A DNA stretch of 64,000 bases from Eledone cirrhosa (Eukaryota): contig OZ024744.1 of NCBI GenBank assembly GCA_964016885.1, positions 57,226,001-57,290,000 on the forward strand, written 5' to 3'. A program made the position numbers and the translations under genes. How positions within the stretch are numbered: position 1 is the first letter of the stretch; every line of letters begins with the position of its first letter. This document shows, one piece after another, positions 41,250 through 56,035 of the stretch. The notes beneath the pieces were generated by a model. The model was given only the letters and a program-made list of their open reading frames with translations, made no database searches and was not told the DNA's origin.

Positions 41250-41425
41250 AGGGCCTCTACTATTTTGACGTGACTTATCTTACGGGGAGTTATCTTCACT
41301 GGTGGCTCACCTAACCGAGGTAACTGGCGATGCTTGTGAAGGTGCTTGGCTGTTCCAGCATAACAGCCTCACCATCACCCGAGATAACACCGTGAACATG
41401 CTGGCTTGCCTCAAAAATTATTAGA
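41250..41425 (+). mobile_element. Possible 3' remnant of a CRE-like RLE retrotransposon
   Basis: Translates as HLTEVTGDACEGAWLFQHNSLTITRDNTVNML*, resembling the CRE C-terminal TGDxRExxxLxQRxSLAxxRGN motif. Confidence 0.4.
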
Positions 41426-41596
41426 GAGGTTTAACTGTTTAATATACAAAATAAAGTTTAACTGTTTAATATACAAGATCTTACATCTTCTCCCAGGCAA
41501 CCCCAAGTAATTTCTAGTTGTGTAGATCAGTGTGTTTAAGCAATTAGGAACAGAGTTATATGACATTGGTGGGTTTAGATAGTGTATTAGAGAGAA

Positions 41597-42018
41597 CTAG
41601 CAGAAAAATCACCCTACATGTAGATATGATATATAAAATAACATTGTAATTGACAATATACACAGAAATTGAACAAAGACTGCATTACACTGTCTTATGT
41701 AATCAGTAACGTAATCCATGATACATTAAAAAAAGACGATATTATATATAAACTGCATTAGGAGAAAATTAGTGATAGAAATATATGAATATTTATTTAA
41801 ACGATCACTAACCGGAAGTGTTGACATTTAAAAATGTTAAAGAAGTGAATCTTTAAATAAACAATAAAATATATCTAATCAACAGCTACGAAATTTAGTA
41901 GATAAATTATGTAATATTCATTCATTATTTATTCAAAGTAATCCAACTTATTTTACTAAGGGGATAAAAAAATTATAAACCGTACAGTCCCGCACTCCTA
42001 ACTTTATTATAGTTTAGA
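41597..42018 (-). mobile_element. Non-autonomous Helitron
   Basis: Minus strand A^TCTAAACTATAATAAAG...TTTTCTGCTAG^T; homologous to 55277-55764. Confidence 0.75.
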
Positions 42019-42229
42019 TATGTTTCTTATGTATTTCATCATCATCATCATCAGCATCATCATTTAACGTCCATCTTCCATGCTAGCATGGGTTAGACGG
42101 GTTTGTCCCATTTGAGGCAAGTTTGGTCGGGTGACCATGTCTTGCTCATATAGGACTGTTTCTGGCTCGTTTTCTATGGCTAGATGCCCTTCCTAACGTC
42201 AACTACATTTACAGTTGTACTGGGTACTT

Positions 42230-42540
42230 TTTGTCATGACACCTACACGACCACTTTATAGAGTGTTTTTTGCTGTGTCTCCTACATGACCACTTTACTG
42301 TGTGGACTGGGTGCTTTTTGCCATGACATCTACATGACCACTTTACAGTGTGGGCTGGGTGCTTTTTACCATGACACCTACACGACCACTTTACAGTGTG
42401 GACTAGGTGCTTTTTGCCATGACACCTACTTGACCACTTTAGAGTGTGTGCCGGGTGCCTTTTGACGCGTCTCCTACATGACCACTTTAAAGTGTGGACT
42501 GGATGTTTTTTGCCTGTGTCTCCTACACGACCACTTTATG
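42230..42540 (+). repeat. ~41-bp minisatellite expanded inside a family-B SINE
   Basis: About 8 units of catgacacctacacgaccactttacagtgtggactgggtgctttttgc. Confidence 0.85.
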
Positions 42541-42628
42541 TTAAATCCAAAGTGTTTTCTGACTTTCTTTGTTATTCGTGGTTTTCTTGCTCAGCATACA
42601 TGCCTATCAATAATAATGAATGAATGAA

Positions 42629-42663
<35 letters not shown>

Positions 42664-42839
42664 GTAAATAAATAAAAACAATGATGACCGATTTTCAAAA
42701 CTGATTAATTAGTAAAAAAAAAAGCTGATACCAATTAATTAGCAAAATTACAAATAAGGCTGATACTGAATATCTACCAATTAATCAATGCAACCCTAAT
42801 ATGTGTGTGTGAGCGTATATATATATATATGTATATATA

Positions 42840-42874
<35 letters not shown>

Positions 42875-42995
42875 GTGTGTGTGCATATATATGTGTGTAT
42901 GTGTGTGTATATATGTGTGTGTACAGGTGTGTGTATATGTGTGTGTATATATGTGTGTATATATGTGTGTGTATGTATATATATATATATATTTA

Positions 42996-43078
<83 letters not shown>

Positions 43079-43689
43079 GTATATATATGTGTTAGTATAT
43101 ATAATTGTTTCTACCTTTAGCACAAGGCCAGCAAATACCCAGTGCATTACTGCTACTTTATCTTTTCGACCCCGTAAGGATGAAAGGCAAAGTCAACCTT
43201 GGCGGGATTTGAACTCAGATCGTAAAGGGACGTAACTATGCTGGAAAGCATGGCGTCGCGCGCGCGCGCGCGCGTGTGTGTGTGTGAGTATCTGTGTTTA
43301 TTTCCTGTAACTTGGAGGTTCAACAAAAAGACAACAATAAAAGATGTACCAGACTTGGAAAAGAAATAAGTACTGTGGTCGATATGATTAACTAAATCCC
43401 TTCAAAACAGTGCCCCAGTCTGGCTACTGTTGGATGTCTAAAACCAGTAAAAGAATAAACGAATAAAATAAAATAAAACAGTTATAAGTAGATATAGTTT
43501 TCTGGTCTAATGGTAAAGACTGCTTTTACTAATGAATAATCAATGAATCATCAATTCTAATTTGATATGATCGGTCTGAAAATGGTAAATATAACAGCAG
43601 AAATATTAAAGTTTAATCTGAAAATATAAAAGTCAAACTTTTTTTTTAATGTTCAGTCTTGTTTATTTCCTTACTTGCTTCGGTAATTG

Positions 43690-45312
43690 TACCATCTTAG
43701 CATCTCCACCACCTCTGACATCAAATTCTATAACAACTATGGAATTTACACCTGCATTGCTGTGACGTCACCATACGTGCCTGTTTCTCAAACGTGGTGG
43801 GTACTTCCTTCTGCACCAGCTTCACTCTTCTTTCAATTCTGTCTGAACAACGGTGCTACTCCAGAGCAGTGGAAAACTGCCAGTGTCATTCCTCTGTTCA
43901 AAAAATGTCACTGCATGTCGCCTGTTAACTATCGTTCAGTTAGTCTTACTAGCAGCATTGCCAAACTGATTGGAATCCTGTGTCAGAGAAACGCTTTGTA
44001 ACTTCTGGAACTCTCACAACCTTATCCGGCCCTCACAATTCAGATGTATCCCTAACTCCAGCTGCTGTGATCAGCTTATCGAGTTTCTTGAAGATATTAC
44101 CTGAATCACTCATGGGTGGATGTTGTTTATCTTGACTTTGCGAAAGCTTTTAATTCTGTGCCATACAAAAGACTTATGGCAAAATTCTCTGTAATGAGTG
44201 ATGGTCTTTATAACTGGTTGAAGTCCTTCATTCACAGACGAAAGAGGTAGTCATGGTTCTAGGACAGCATTCTTCATCCTATGAAATGTCATCCGGTGTA
44301 CCGCGTGGATCTGTTCTTGGTTCCCTTTTGTTTGTTGCATATATTAATGACATAGATGCCAACTTAAAGAATGCCTCAGTACTGAAATAGGCAGATGACA
44401 TCAAGCTGTATCTTAAGATAAAAAGGACAGATCCTGTACATTATAGATCTTTCCTGGACACAATGTAGCAATGGATTATGGACTTGTACCTCGAGCTGGC
44501 TGTGGACAAGTGTACCACCAGGTATTTTGGAAGAAAAAAACCTAGAGTTCACATACTCTTCTTGTGAACATGACCTGGGCATTACTGTCAGCAGCAATTT
44601 GTTTTGGACAAAGCACATCTCTAAAATTGTCACAAAGGCTGGGGGTGTCTTAGCATCACTCAGTAAGATATTTGTCAGCCCCTTTCCAGCTATTTATTTA
44701 AAGCTGCATATATCTATGGTGTGGCCACACTTAGAATTTGCATCACCAGTCTGGAACCCCTATCTTGCTCAGAATATTGACCTCCTGGAAACTGTTCAGA
44801 GACGTGCAACCAAGCGAATACCCTCCATCAGGCATCTACTCTGAACACCTTGCTTCCTTGGGCATGTATACATTGAAGCTCCGACGCTTGGCAACTGACT
44901 TGGTAAACACACACAAAATTATTAACCATCTTTCTAACAACAACCCTGAGTACCTTTTTGATTTCCATGTGTCTAACACACGTGGGCATGCCTACAAAGT
45001 CAGAAAACAGCACAGCTCCCATGACTTTCAAAACAGTTTTTCACGCTCAGAGTTGCTGAAGCATAGAACAAACTCCCTGCATCAGTTGTTAGCTGTTGAG
45101 ACACTGCATCCTTTAAAACTTCCATGCTTCCCGAGATTCGCCAACACTACACCTAATATTCCCCCTCCATACACATGCACACATGTATATCATGACTCAT
45201 ACACTATTCATTTTCCTGACATTTGTACATTATTCTATCTACTATACATGCACCTTTGATGAGTTGTAGTGCACCTGAGCACTGTACACAATAATTTCAT
45301 TATTTCATTTTA
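43690..45312 (+). mobile_element. CR1-clade LINE RT fragment with 3' end
   Basis: WKTASVIPLFKK, NYRSVSLTS, YLDFAKAF, SGVPRGSVLG, ADDIKLY, EHDLGITV, PHLEFASPVWNPY, VQRRATK, NTRGHAYK. Confidence 0.9.
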
Positions 45313-45539
45313 TAACCTAATTCTTGAACTGCAAAAAGAGTCTTGAAAATGTTCAAGAATATTGACCTACACCAGACATGGGCCACCTTTTCTGAGCAGT
45401 GAGCCGTATAGGATGTCTCATCATAAGGTGGGCTGCACTTCTAAAAATTTCAAGGTAGTTTTAAAATTAGGTGTGCTATTAAGAAAGCCAAACAGGCCTC
45501 ATGCAGCTCGTGGGCTGATGATGATGATGATGATGATTT

Positions 45540-45570
<31 letters not shown>

Positions 45571-45799
45571 GGGTGGTGGATTGACAGTATCGGTAGAGAG
45601 TCGGATCCATGCTTTGACGCATAGAGTTACGGCCCTTGCCATTCTGAGTTCAAATCCCGCAGAGGTTAACTTTGCCTTTCATCCTTACGGGGTCGATAAA
45701 ATAAAGTACCAGTAATACACTGGGTAATTGCCGGCCTTGTGCCAAAAGTAGAAACAATTATTATTATTATTATTATTATTGTTGTTATTATTGAAGAAA

Positions 45800-45995
45800 G
45801 CGGTGGATTGGCAGTATCGGTAGAGGGTCGGACGCCATGCTTTGCAGCAAAGAGTTATAGCCCTTTATGGTCTGAGTTCAAATCCCGCCGAGGTTAACTT
45901 TGCCTTTCATCCTTACGGGGTCGATAAAATAAAGTACCAGTAATACACTGGGATAATTGCTGGCCTTGTGCCTAAAGTAGAAACAATTATTATTG
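45800..45995 (+). mobile_element. tRNA-derived SINE family A, (ATT)n tail. Other copies: ~2324-2520, 2778-2972, 2975-3184, 5744-5843, 17487-17618, 40495-40695, 40860-41060, 43101-43258, 45572-45790, 46085-46268, 49070-49262, 52155-52260
   Basis: A box TGGCAGTATCGG, B box GTTCAAATCC, shared core GCCTTTCATCCTTACGGGGTCGATAAAATAAAGTACCAG. Confidence 0.9.
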
Positions 45996-47059
45996 AACAA
46001 GGAACAGTAATTTTCAAATTTCTATTTCGACATAATAAGGCACATTAAACTGTTAGAACTGCTGAACTGAAGCGAGCATATAACAATAATTGTTTCTACT
46101 TTTGGCACAAGGCCACCAATTATCCCAGTGTATTACTAGTACTTTATTTTATCGACCCCGTAAGGATGAAAGGCAAAGTTAACCTCGGCGGGATTTGAAC
46201 TCAGATCATAAAGGGCCGTAACTCTTTGCTGCAAAGCATGGCGTCCGACCCTCTACCGATACTGCCAAAATAATAATACCACTGAAGATAATTCCGTGGT
46301 GACAGAAGGAATTGAGTACTTCTCAAACAGTTGGATTGTACTTCGAACCTGTTGGATAGAATTGTGTACCCCCATTTAGCTGAAGCATAATATATAGGCA
46401 AAAAACACAAGCACACTTGAAACACATGATTGTGATATGATTGGCTGTCGTTAAATAATTAAACAATTATCCAGCATTTGTTAGATATCACTCAATATAC
46501 AACATTTTATTTATCTGGTAGAATTATCTGAAAAATATTTCACAATATCTAATTATCTCCCTTGAATTTTTGCATCCATATTTTTTTCCTCTTGTTCTAA
46601 TTTGATTTTAAATTAGTCAGACGTTTTAATGGGAGAGGGGTGGGATTCAACTCCACTAAACTATTTAGTATGTTTGTCTTAAAAATATCAATACTTTGTA
46701 GGTTAATCATTTAAAAAACTCAAATATTAATTATATAAATGGAAATATTTTTTTAATGGAATGTTTATAAGGTAAACTGATAATTTCATCCAATTTTAAA
46801 GTTTTCAAAAATGAAGTGAGGAATCTTGAACGTTTCCTATATACATACATGCATACAAACATACATGTATATATACATGCATGCATACATACATACATAT
46901 ATACATGCATACATACATGCATGCATACATACATGCATACATACATGCATACATGCATGCATACATGCATGCATACATACATGCATACATACAAGAATAC
47001 ATGCATGCATACATACATGCATGCATGCATACATGCATACATGCATGCATACATACATG

Positions 47060-47445
47060 CATGATGGCTGCAGACTCTGCTAAGAGTATTGCAATCGCTT
47101 GTAACAGATCCTGAACAAGCAATACCTGTGCTTTGAAGGTATTTTAAGTGGGGAAAAGCCTTGCACTCGACCAATCGCACTCTCTGAACATTGAAAACCT
47201 TACCTGACAAGGAGAACTGGTTAACATTATCGGGTTTTTTTCAGAGTTTGCCTCACTTAGAAAGGTGTTGTGACAACAACTAGGGCCCTTTACTCCCAGG
47301 TGGAAAAAAAGGTACTATTTGGATGGCCATTGACTCTGCTGAGTTCCTCGGCCCTTTGCCGGGTCTTGTATTTCATCCCGCAGGGTGTCCAAATATCACC
47401 CTCCTCAGTGTGGTTGCTGGTTTAGTTGCTGATGACCCAACCATG
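47060..47445 (-). mobile_element. Second bipartite RTE-derived short element
   Basis: 5' part is homologous to 39240-39440. Ends GCAGCCATCATG then (CATG/TATG)n, like the ends at 230-250 and 597-610. Confidence 0.55.
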
Positions 47446-47484
47446 CATACATACATGCATACATACGTATATACATACATACAT

Positions 47485-48145
47485 GAGAATTGTAGCATCT
47501 TTGCAGATGACTGACATCTCTTATTGATTCTTTGTTATCAGCCCATCTGTGTCCATGACTTTGTAGACCAGCTGTAGATCTGCATGGTTTACGACACTGG
47601 TGACAGAAGAGAGCTGTGCTTTCCACAGGACTGGTGGTGTCACCCTGTAGGACACAATCTTTATGTACCACCATGTATTTTTTTAGTCCAGAACTAGTCC
47701 TATACACTTTGTTGCATAATCACACACGTTGTTTAGCCAGGTCTTTGTTGAGTGGTGTTGCAGGTGGTTATCCTTTCATGTGACTTCAGATGATCAACAT
47801 AACCAGACTTTGAGAGAGGAGTACACGTTGACAGAAATAGCATGTTCAACTACTGATGACTTCATCAAGACTGTGAACACAGCCATTCCGGAATTGACGC
47901 TTCAGTTGTTTATGTTCTAGACGACACTCCTCAACAATTTTGCAACTGCCCTTTATGCGCTTTCTCCACTCAGCCCTATTCAGAGCTTTTTCCTCACAGT
48001 TCTCTAAATCAAACATTAGCTCTTTGAAGCCGAGGCCTTTTTCTAAGATAGAGCTCACCGATTTCTTTCATGCGGACGATATGTCCTGTCCAGCGCATTT
48101 GAGAAAATATTACTTGGGGCTCAATGCTTGGACATTCTGCCTTGA
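47485..48145 (-). mobile_element. RTE LINE 3' fragment with C2H2 fingers
   Basis: QMRWTGHIVRM...EEKALNRAEWRKRI...CNKVYRTSSGLKKY...CHQCRKPCRSTAGLQSH, then a (TGTA)n tail. Confidence 0.8.
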
Positions 48146-48324
48146 TACACATACTTACATGCATACATACAGACATATATATACATACATACATATATAC
48201 ATGCACACACATACATACATATACACACAGACACACACAAACATAAATACATACGTACATACATATATAGATACATACACACATACACACATACACACAT
48301 ACATACATGCATACATACATAGTC

Positions 48325-51300
48325 AGTCAGTCAACGCCATCACTTGCACATTTTGGTGTGGGAGACTATTCATTAAATTTAAGATGAATACTATCTCCGA
48401 CAGTAATGCCACAACTACCAGTCATGTTGAATAACTGGATATTCTTCTAACTATATCCACTGAAGACACCTTTTATTCAAATTTGTAGAGATAGCTGACT
48501 AAATACATAATTCATTTTACAAGGATTTGCTACAAACAGCATGGCCGGACACGATATCAACAAAAACAATCTATCGAACACAAGGAACGTAAACAATTTA
48601 CCGGAGAAAACCAGCGAGAAAATCAATGAGAAAGGTAAACAAAATTCAGTTGTAGCTACATAAGAGACCGAAATTATAAATCACATTTCTCTTGGAGTTG
48701 CGAACTTAATGATGATTTATTTAATTGTTATAAAATGCCGAAAAAAAAAATCTCTCCATTGGCTATATGAACAGAATGAAGCTACACTGGGACAAAATAC
48801 ATCCAGATCTAAATCATTTCACAGCAAAATAATTACACCAACAAGCAACATTTGTTGAACGTAAAAATAAGATAAATATTAGTAATTGTAAGTCCCCCAC
48901 AACAAACATGGAATCAACAACACGTGCTACAGGTTACCATGCTACTAGACTTCCTAGCAGTACTTTGAAACAACAGTAGTTTGAAACAACTATGCCTGTA
49001 AGAAATTTGATACCATGTGTACCATCTGAGTCTACTTCGACTGTTGTGGAAAACACTAACGATAATAATAATAATTGTTTCTACTTTAGGCACAAGGCCA
49101 GCAATTACCCAATATATTACTGGTACTTTATTTTATCGACCCCGTAAGGATGAAAGGCAAAGTTAACCTCGGCGGGATTTGAACTCAGACTGTAAAGGGA
49201 CGTAACTCTGCTAGAAAGCATGGCGTCCAGCCCTCTACCGATACTGCCAATTCACCGACCTTGATAATAATAATAATGAAAAGTATAAACAATTAAGAAT
49301 TGTCCTCAACGAAATCTTCCAGACAGAAATTAATTCATGTATAAACATTTCTCTTGCTGAACGTAATAAAACAACAATACTAAATAAAATAAAACCAAAT
49401 AATGAAATCTTACGTGCTATTGACGAAATAGGGGATGAATATTTACGACGGATTAAAACCACAACATTTTGGCAAATAAACGCCTGTTTATATGCCCTAG
49501 CAACGACAGTGAATCATTATCTTGGTGATAGCAGAGATATTAACAAGAACAAAACACCACAACACCAGAAAGACATAGATTCCTTCTGGAGAAAAATATG
49601 GAGTGAAAAGAAGAACTTCAACCAAGATACAGTGTGGCTAAAAGAAATAAAAAAAAAAACCATTGCTCTCACACTACCGCATAAACATACAGAATAAATG
49701 ATGATACCCTTGAGACTGTGATAGGAAAACTCCAAGATAAAGAAAACACCAGGAAGAGACTTGATTGTCAGCTACTGGTACAAGAAACTGATATTCTATC
49801 GGATGCATCTTATCGACCTCTACCAACAAGTTCTCAAAAATGGTTGACATTAGCACAAACAATACTGGTCCCCAAGAACAGACACCCACTTGGCAAAAAA
49901 CTACCGACCCATTGCAAGCCAAACCCTGATGTATAAGATGTGTACAGCCTGCCTGGACCTATTCCTCCAAGATCACTGTGAAAATAATAACATCATTACA
50001 GATGAACAAGCACCTGGAGAGAAAGGTATTTGGGGATGTGTTGAACAACTCCTATTCAACAAATCTGCGATGTCAGAGGTGCAACAATTTAGGAGGAATA
50101 TGGCTACAATCTGGCTGGACTACAGGAAAGCTTTTGATTCTGTTCCCCACTCTTGGATGATAGAGGCCCTCTGACTTGCTAAAGTCCCAGACATTATTAT
50201 CAGAGCCAGAGAGAAGCTGTCTTCTTCTTGGACTACTATCCTAAAGTTAAAAACGGAGAAGGAGGACTCTATTTTCACTGATAAAATAAAATATTGTAGG
50301 GGTATATTTCAAGGAGACAGTCTCTCTGTGATACTATTTATTCTGTCATTAAACACCTTGTCCTTTCTGCTCAAGAAATGTGAGGGATACATCATTGGCT
50401 CACAGGAAGACAGGAATACGAACTTAACCCATAATTTTTTTGTGGATGATCTGAAACTCTATGCCAAGAACTAAGATGGAATGAAGAAAAATCTTGACCT
50501 GATTACAACGTTCTCAAAGGATATAGGAATGGAGTTTGGCCAAGATAAATGCTCATACATGACTGTAAAGCGGGGAAAAACAACAACCCAATCTAGCAAC
50601 ATTTTCATCAATGGTCTAACTGTTTCATCGATATCTGATGAGGACTGCTACAGATACCTGGGGATAGATGAGAATATATCCTATACTGGTATCTGTAATA
50701 AGGAACGCGCAACCAGGGAATATTACACCCAATTAAGAAAAATATTCATTGGAACTCTCTGCGCACAATAAAACAGTGTTTGTTGTTCCTGTCCTAACAC
50801 CAATGTTTGGAATACTTGATTGGACGATAGACGAAATCCGAGCAATTGATGTTAGCTAAAAAAATACTAAACAATACCGCAAACTTCCACATCAACAGTC
50901 ACACAGACCGCCTTTACTTGAAACATAAGCAGAGAGGTAGAAGCCTAACATCAGTCCAGACATCATTTGAATGTTGCATCATATCCCTTCCACAACATTT
51001 ACAAACCTCGAAGTGTAGGAGCCTATCTATCAAGCAAGTCTATCTGCATGAAACAGATAAGATCATGAGAGTTGGGAAAGAACTCCTTGAAAGATATTCC
51101 CTGCATGATAATCAAAAGCTCATACCCAGGGAAGTTGCCCAGCAGTACCGCAGTGAATCCATGGATGAAAAACTTCATGCTTATCAGCAAAAAATGAGTG
51201 CGAGTAATATAGATAAACAAAGTAGTCTACTTTGGATCAACAACCGCTATATTGGCTCCCAATTTGAAGGATACGCTTTTTACAATCCAAGAACAGGAAA

Positions 51301-52277
51301 TCTACACAAAATACCTGATTCACTAAAGAGATAGGGATGCAAGCAAAACACCTAGATATGACAAGTGCAAACTCTGCAGAATTAACATCGAAGATGTCAC
51401 CCATGTCATAAGCAGCTGTCCAAAGATGTCATCACGTTACTATCTACCTATGAGGTATGATGTAGTGGCAAAAACACTGTACATAGAAAAGATAGCCCCG
51501 ATAATAAAAGCTACAGCAATGTGGAAGACATACATATACATAATATGAAAGAGTACTGGTGGAATATTCCAGTCAAAACCCCAATAATTTGTAGGCATAA
51601 CAGACCAGATATAATGATATCGGACAGAGAAAAGAAAGCATGCACAGTAGTGGAAGTTAGCTGCCCAGCAGATGCCAATATAATATCAAAGATTAGCGAA
51701 AAGGAGAATATCTATTCAGAACTAATGAGAAATTTGCAGATACTCCACCCTGATTATACCTATAGATTTATACCTGTGATTATTGGGGCACTGGAATATG
51801 TTAGTAACTGCCTCAATACAAATCTTGAGAAGCTAGGCTTCACAGGAACAGAAAGAACACAACTAGTTAGGAAATTACAAGTACAATCCATTAATGGAAG
51901 AGTAAAAATGTGTAAAACATTCCAAAAATTCTCATCTAGTAACTGCATATATACTTGTACAGATACAAAGAATATACACATGCACACATACAACTCAAAA
52001 CATCCACATCCACACATACAATAACATCCATATCTACACATGCAGACATTCAGACATATCTACCTAGTTGATGTTGTGTAAATTCCAATGAGAGAGTCTT
52101 GTGTCTATGTTAGAAACTGACTCTCTCTCTCTATTGGTAAATATTTATGAAATTATATTGTTTCTACTTTTGGCACAAGGCCAGCAATTTCCCCAGTGCA
52201 TTACTGGTACTTTATTTTATCGACCTCGTAAGGATGAAAGCAAAGTTAACCTCGGCGGGATATAATGCCAGAAGAAC
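48325..52277 (+). mobile_element. Second, more decayed copy of the same R4/Dong element with two SINE insertions
   Basis: Collinear with 34806-38884 from 5' GTCAACGC to 3' CCAGAAGAA. SINEs at ~49070-49262 and ~52155-52260. Confidence 0.92.
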
Positions 52278-52345
<68 letters not shown>

Positions 52346-52710
52346 ATTTTCTTTTCATTTCTTAAATTTTGTGAGGATATTTTTCATGGAAGTCAAAATA
52401 CTCAAGAAGTGAAGAATTTCTTTTTCTTGTATATTTTATCAGCCAACTATTAATGTCCATAACTAATACCTTAATAACTTTCCTTATCATTTACGAACAA
52501 TGTAGCAACCAGCCTGATTGTCCAGTAAGACAGTTTCCTTATGTGCACTTTCATATGGCAATGGTGCCTCACTGTGCAGTCTGTAACTACGCTGAGGGGA
52601 CCCGATATGGGTCAGCCTGATCAGGAGTCACTCTGAATAAAATTATGACTGCTTGGTGCAGACGAACTTCACCCTGAATAAACAATAAAAGGAAAAAATA
52701 ATAAAAGTTT

Positions 52711-53480
52711 CTCTTCTTCTTCTTCTTCTTCTTCTTCTTCTTCTTCTTCTTCTTCTTCTTCTTCTTCTTCTTCTTCTTCTTCTTCTTCTTCTTCTTCTTC
52801 TTCTTCTTCTTCTTCTTCTTCTTCTTCTTCTTCTTCTTCTTCTTCTTCTTCTTCTTCTTCTTCTTCTTCTTCTTCTTCTTCTTCTTCTTCTTCTTCTTCT
52901 TCTTCTTCTTCTTCTTCTTCTTCTTCTTCTTCTTCTTCTTCTTCTTCTTCTTCTTCTTCTTTTTCTTCTTTCATAGGATGGTCATGGGTGCAGAGCCCTC
53001 AAACACTCCCTTCAGCAGGTCCTGTCAGAAGCAACCATCTCCAACTGATCAGGCTGGATCCCCAAGCGAGACCAGCCAAGTTCATGGATGTTATCCAACT
53101 ATATTGCTCGGGGCCTATCCCTAGGACTCTTGCCACTTGGTTTTGCCTGTAAAATCTGTCCAGCAATTCTTTCCTGGAACATTCTAACCACAAGCCCATA
53201 GTATTGGAGCTGGGATCGCTCAAATCGGAGAAGTAGCAGCTCTACATGGAGTGACTCTTTGATGTTTGAGCTATGCACACTATCGAGTAATGTATTTCCA
53301 AAGACTCTTCAGAGGAATCCCATTTCGACCACTTGTATTCGTGATCGTATTCTTTCAGTCATTACCTAAAAATCATGACCATAGGTAAGGATTGGTATGA
53401 ATTCTGAATTAAAGATAGTGAGTTTAGCTTTTACACCTACCTTCCTTCTGATTACTGAATGTGGAAGCTGCACCAGTCCC
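52711..53480 (-). mobile_element. RTE-like LINE 3' fragment with a long (GAA)n tail
   Basis: Minus strand VMTERIRSRIQVVEMGFL...ERSQLQYYGLVVRM. (CTT)n at 52711-52972 is the tail. Confidence 0.75.
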
Positions 53481-55276
53481 TGTAATTCTTGCACTCTTTG
53501 AAAACTTATATGATGCAATTTTGAAACTACATTTTGAGATCCTTCATTTGGTTGCAGTAATGAGCATTCAGATGTTCAATCAACTAAATGTCTGACTCAA
53601 TAATTAACATGTAAGTGGCTGCATATTCCACAGACACATATATCCTTAATGTAGTTCATACAGAGATTCAGTGTTGTACAATGTGTGACAAGGCCAGACC
53701 TTTGAATTAACAACAAAATCCACTCCAATAGGCTTGCACAGTTTCCATCTAATGGATTGGGTTGACTCACTGCTATGATAAAGATACTTGCCCTTAGTGC
53801 AATGCAGTGGGGCTGAGTTGAAAGCCATGTGGTTATTAAGCAAACTCCTTAACCACGCAGCCATGACTGTACCTATATTAGAGACATGTGAAAACAATTC
53901 TAGAACATTGGCATTAAGAAGGGCATCCAGCCATAGAAAACCAGCTAGAAATTCTCATATATGAGCAAGACACGGTCACCCAACCCAATTTGCTTTTAAA
54001 TGGGACAAACCCATCTAACCCATGCTAACAGGGAAGATGATGATGATGATGATGATGTAGTACCTAACTCACAAAATAGACCAGTCCTCTGAAAAACTGA
54101 TTGCGAAGTCATCTTCTTAACCATATGGCCGGTACCATCTCCATCATGTTTGTTATATAATAGTTTCTCACAGACAGTGTATACATGCATGCATTTCACA
54201 CAAAAATATTCATACTACACATGGCACATATGTTTGTATGAAAATATGGTGTAACATAATCCCTTTGTGACACTGAAATACCTAAAATAATTATTATGAG
54301 GCAGATTCCATATAAAAATTTGATGTAACATTATCATTTCATGATAGTGAAAATGTCTGAAATAACTTTGATGAGAGCCGTTGATGAAGAAGACAAAAAA
54401 CAAGTCATTCTGTTGTAGACAAAACTGAACTGAGATAAATACAGTAAAAATTATTTTATTCTATTCATTCTTTTTTTTTTTTTACTAGTTTCAGTCATTA
54501 GACTGTTGCCATGCTGTAGCACCACTATGAAGGTATTTTAGTCGATCATATCAACCACAGTTTTTTCAGCCCTGGTATTGGTCCCACACAAAAAAACATG
54601 CTAAGTTACAGAACATAAATAAAGAGTAAATGTAAAGACAGAAACACACACACACACACAAGCACACATACACACACACACAAACAAAACAGGTGCATCT
54701 ACAGACACACACACACACACATATATACATGTGACAGTTTCCCACATAGTTTACGTTTGTGCCTGTGTTTATGACCTGTAACTTAGCAGTTCAACAAAAA
54801 CGATGTCACTAAAGTAAATACCAGTTTATTAGATAGCTCTAAGGCAGTACTCCAGCATGACCACAGTCAAACTACTGCTTATTAGATAGCTCTAAGGCAG
54901 TACTCCAGCATGGCCACAGTCAAACTACTGAAACCAGTAAAGAAGTAAAAGAAAGCAAGAAGTTTTCCAATGTACTGCGAAAAGTGTGCTTAGAATGACA
55001 CTGGAGCATTTAACCTCACAGATGCTCAGAAATGCTACAATATTGCAGAACGTAGGGGAATGTGTAGAAAGAAAAGAGACTACCCCATAGATTTAACAAA
55101 GGAATCGGCTTTCAAAGTTGACAGTTAGAGGATCAAAGAAGCAATGAGGGAAATGAAAAATGGTAAAGCTGCTGTGATGTTACAAGCATCTGGTTAAATA
55201 AAACTCCAGCTAGTCACTTGAATTGTCAATAATGTAATACATGGTGGTGTCATACCTAATGACTGGTGCAGCAGTA

Positions 55277-55764
55277 TCTTAACTATAATAAAGAAAGGAA
55301 TGCGGGACTGCATCCAGAATATATTTTTTTATCCCGTTTGTAAAATAAGTTGGATTACTTTGAACAAATAATGAATAAATATTACATAATTTATCTACTA
55401 AATTTCGTGTCTGTTGATTAAATATATTTTATAGCTTATTTAAAGATTCACTTCTTTAAAGTTGTCAAAATATCATCACTTCCGGTTAGCGGGCGTTATA
55501 TTATAACACTTATAATCGCATATATTTCCGTCACTAATTTTCTCCTAATGCAGTTTATATATAATATCGTCTTTTTTAAATGTATCATGGATTAGGTTAC
55601 TGATTACATAAGACAGTGTAACATAGTCTTCGTTCAATTTCTGTGTATATTGTCAATTACGGTTTACATGTATATATATTTACATGTATATATATTTGTG
55701 TATAATATCAATATACACACTACACATGCTAGCAGTTACCACCCGAGTGTGGTTTTTCTGCTAG
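55277..55764 (+). mobile_element. Non-autonomous Helitron inserted in an RTE relic
   Basis: 5' TC, 3' CTAG, inserted between A and T, with subterminal hairpin ACCAC(CCGAGT)GTGGT. Confidence 0.8.
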
Positions 55765-55789
55765 TAATCATTAATTATTACAAGCTAAG

Positions 55790-56035
55790 TTAAAGTCTGT
55801 TCTAAGCCAAAGGCTCACCAGGCCAGTGCTTATCCTGGTTTCCTTGGTGCTAAGTGACTGAGAGTACAAGACTCTCCCTGGGCAGGACGCCAGTCTATCG
55901 CAAGTTTAACTCCCCAGCTACTGCTGGTACTTACTCTCAGGAAAGTATACTGAAGCAACGTGAAATAAAGTGTTTTGCTCAAGAACACAATGCAGCAGCC
56001 TGTCCAGGAATCGAACCTATGATATTATGATCCGA
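55790..56035 (-). mobile_element. tRNA-derived SINE of a further family
   Basis: B box GGTTCGATTCC and TCTTGAGCAAAACACTTT on the minus strand. Confidence 0.65.

Noticed and set aside
42230-42540. Regularly spaced repeats resembling a CRISPR array
   Set aside because: No unique spacers; tandem minisatellite inside a SINE; eukaryotic context with no cas genes.
46278-46360. Possible HHR (CTGAAGA-AATTCC...GGAATT)
   Set aside because: No GAAA after the stem and no convincing stems I or III.
52669-52974. Poly-Glu ORF
   Set aside because: (GAA)n tail of an RTE fragment.
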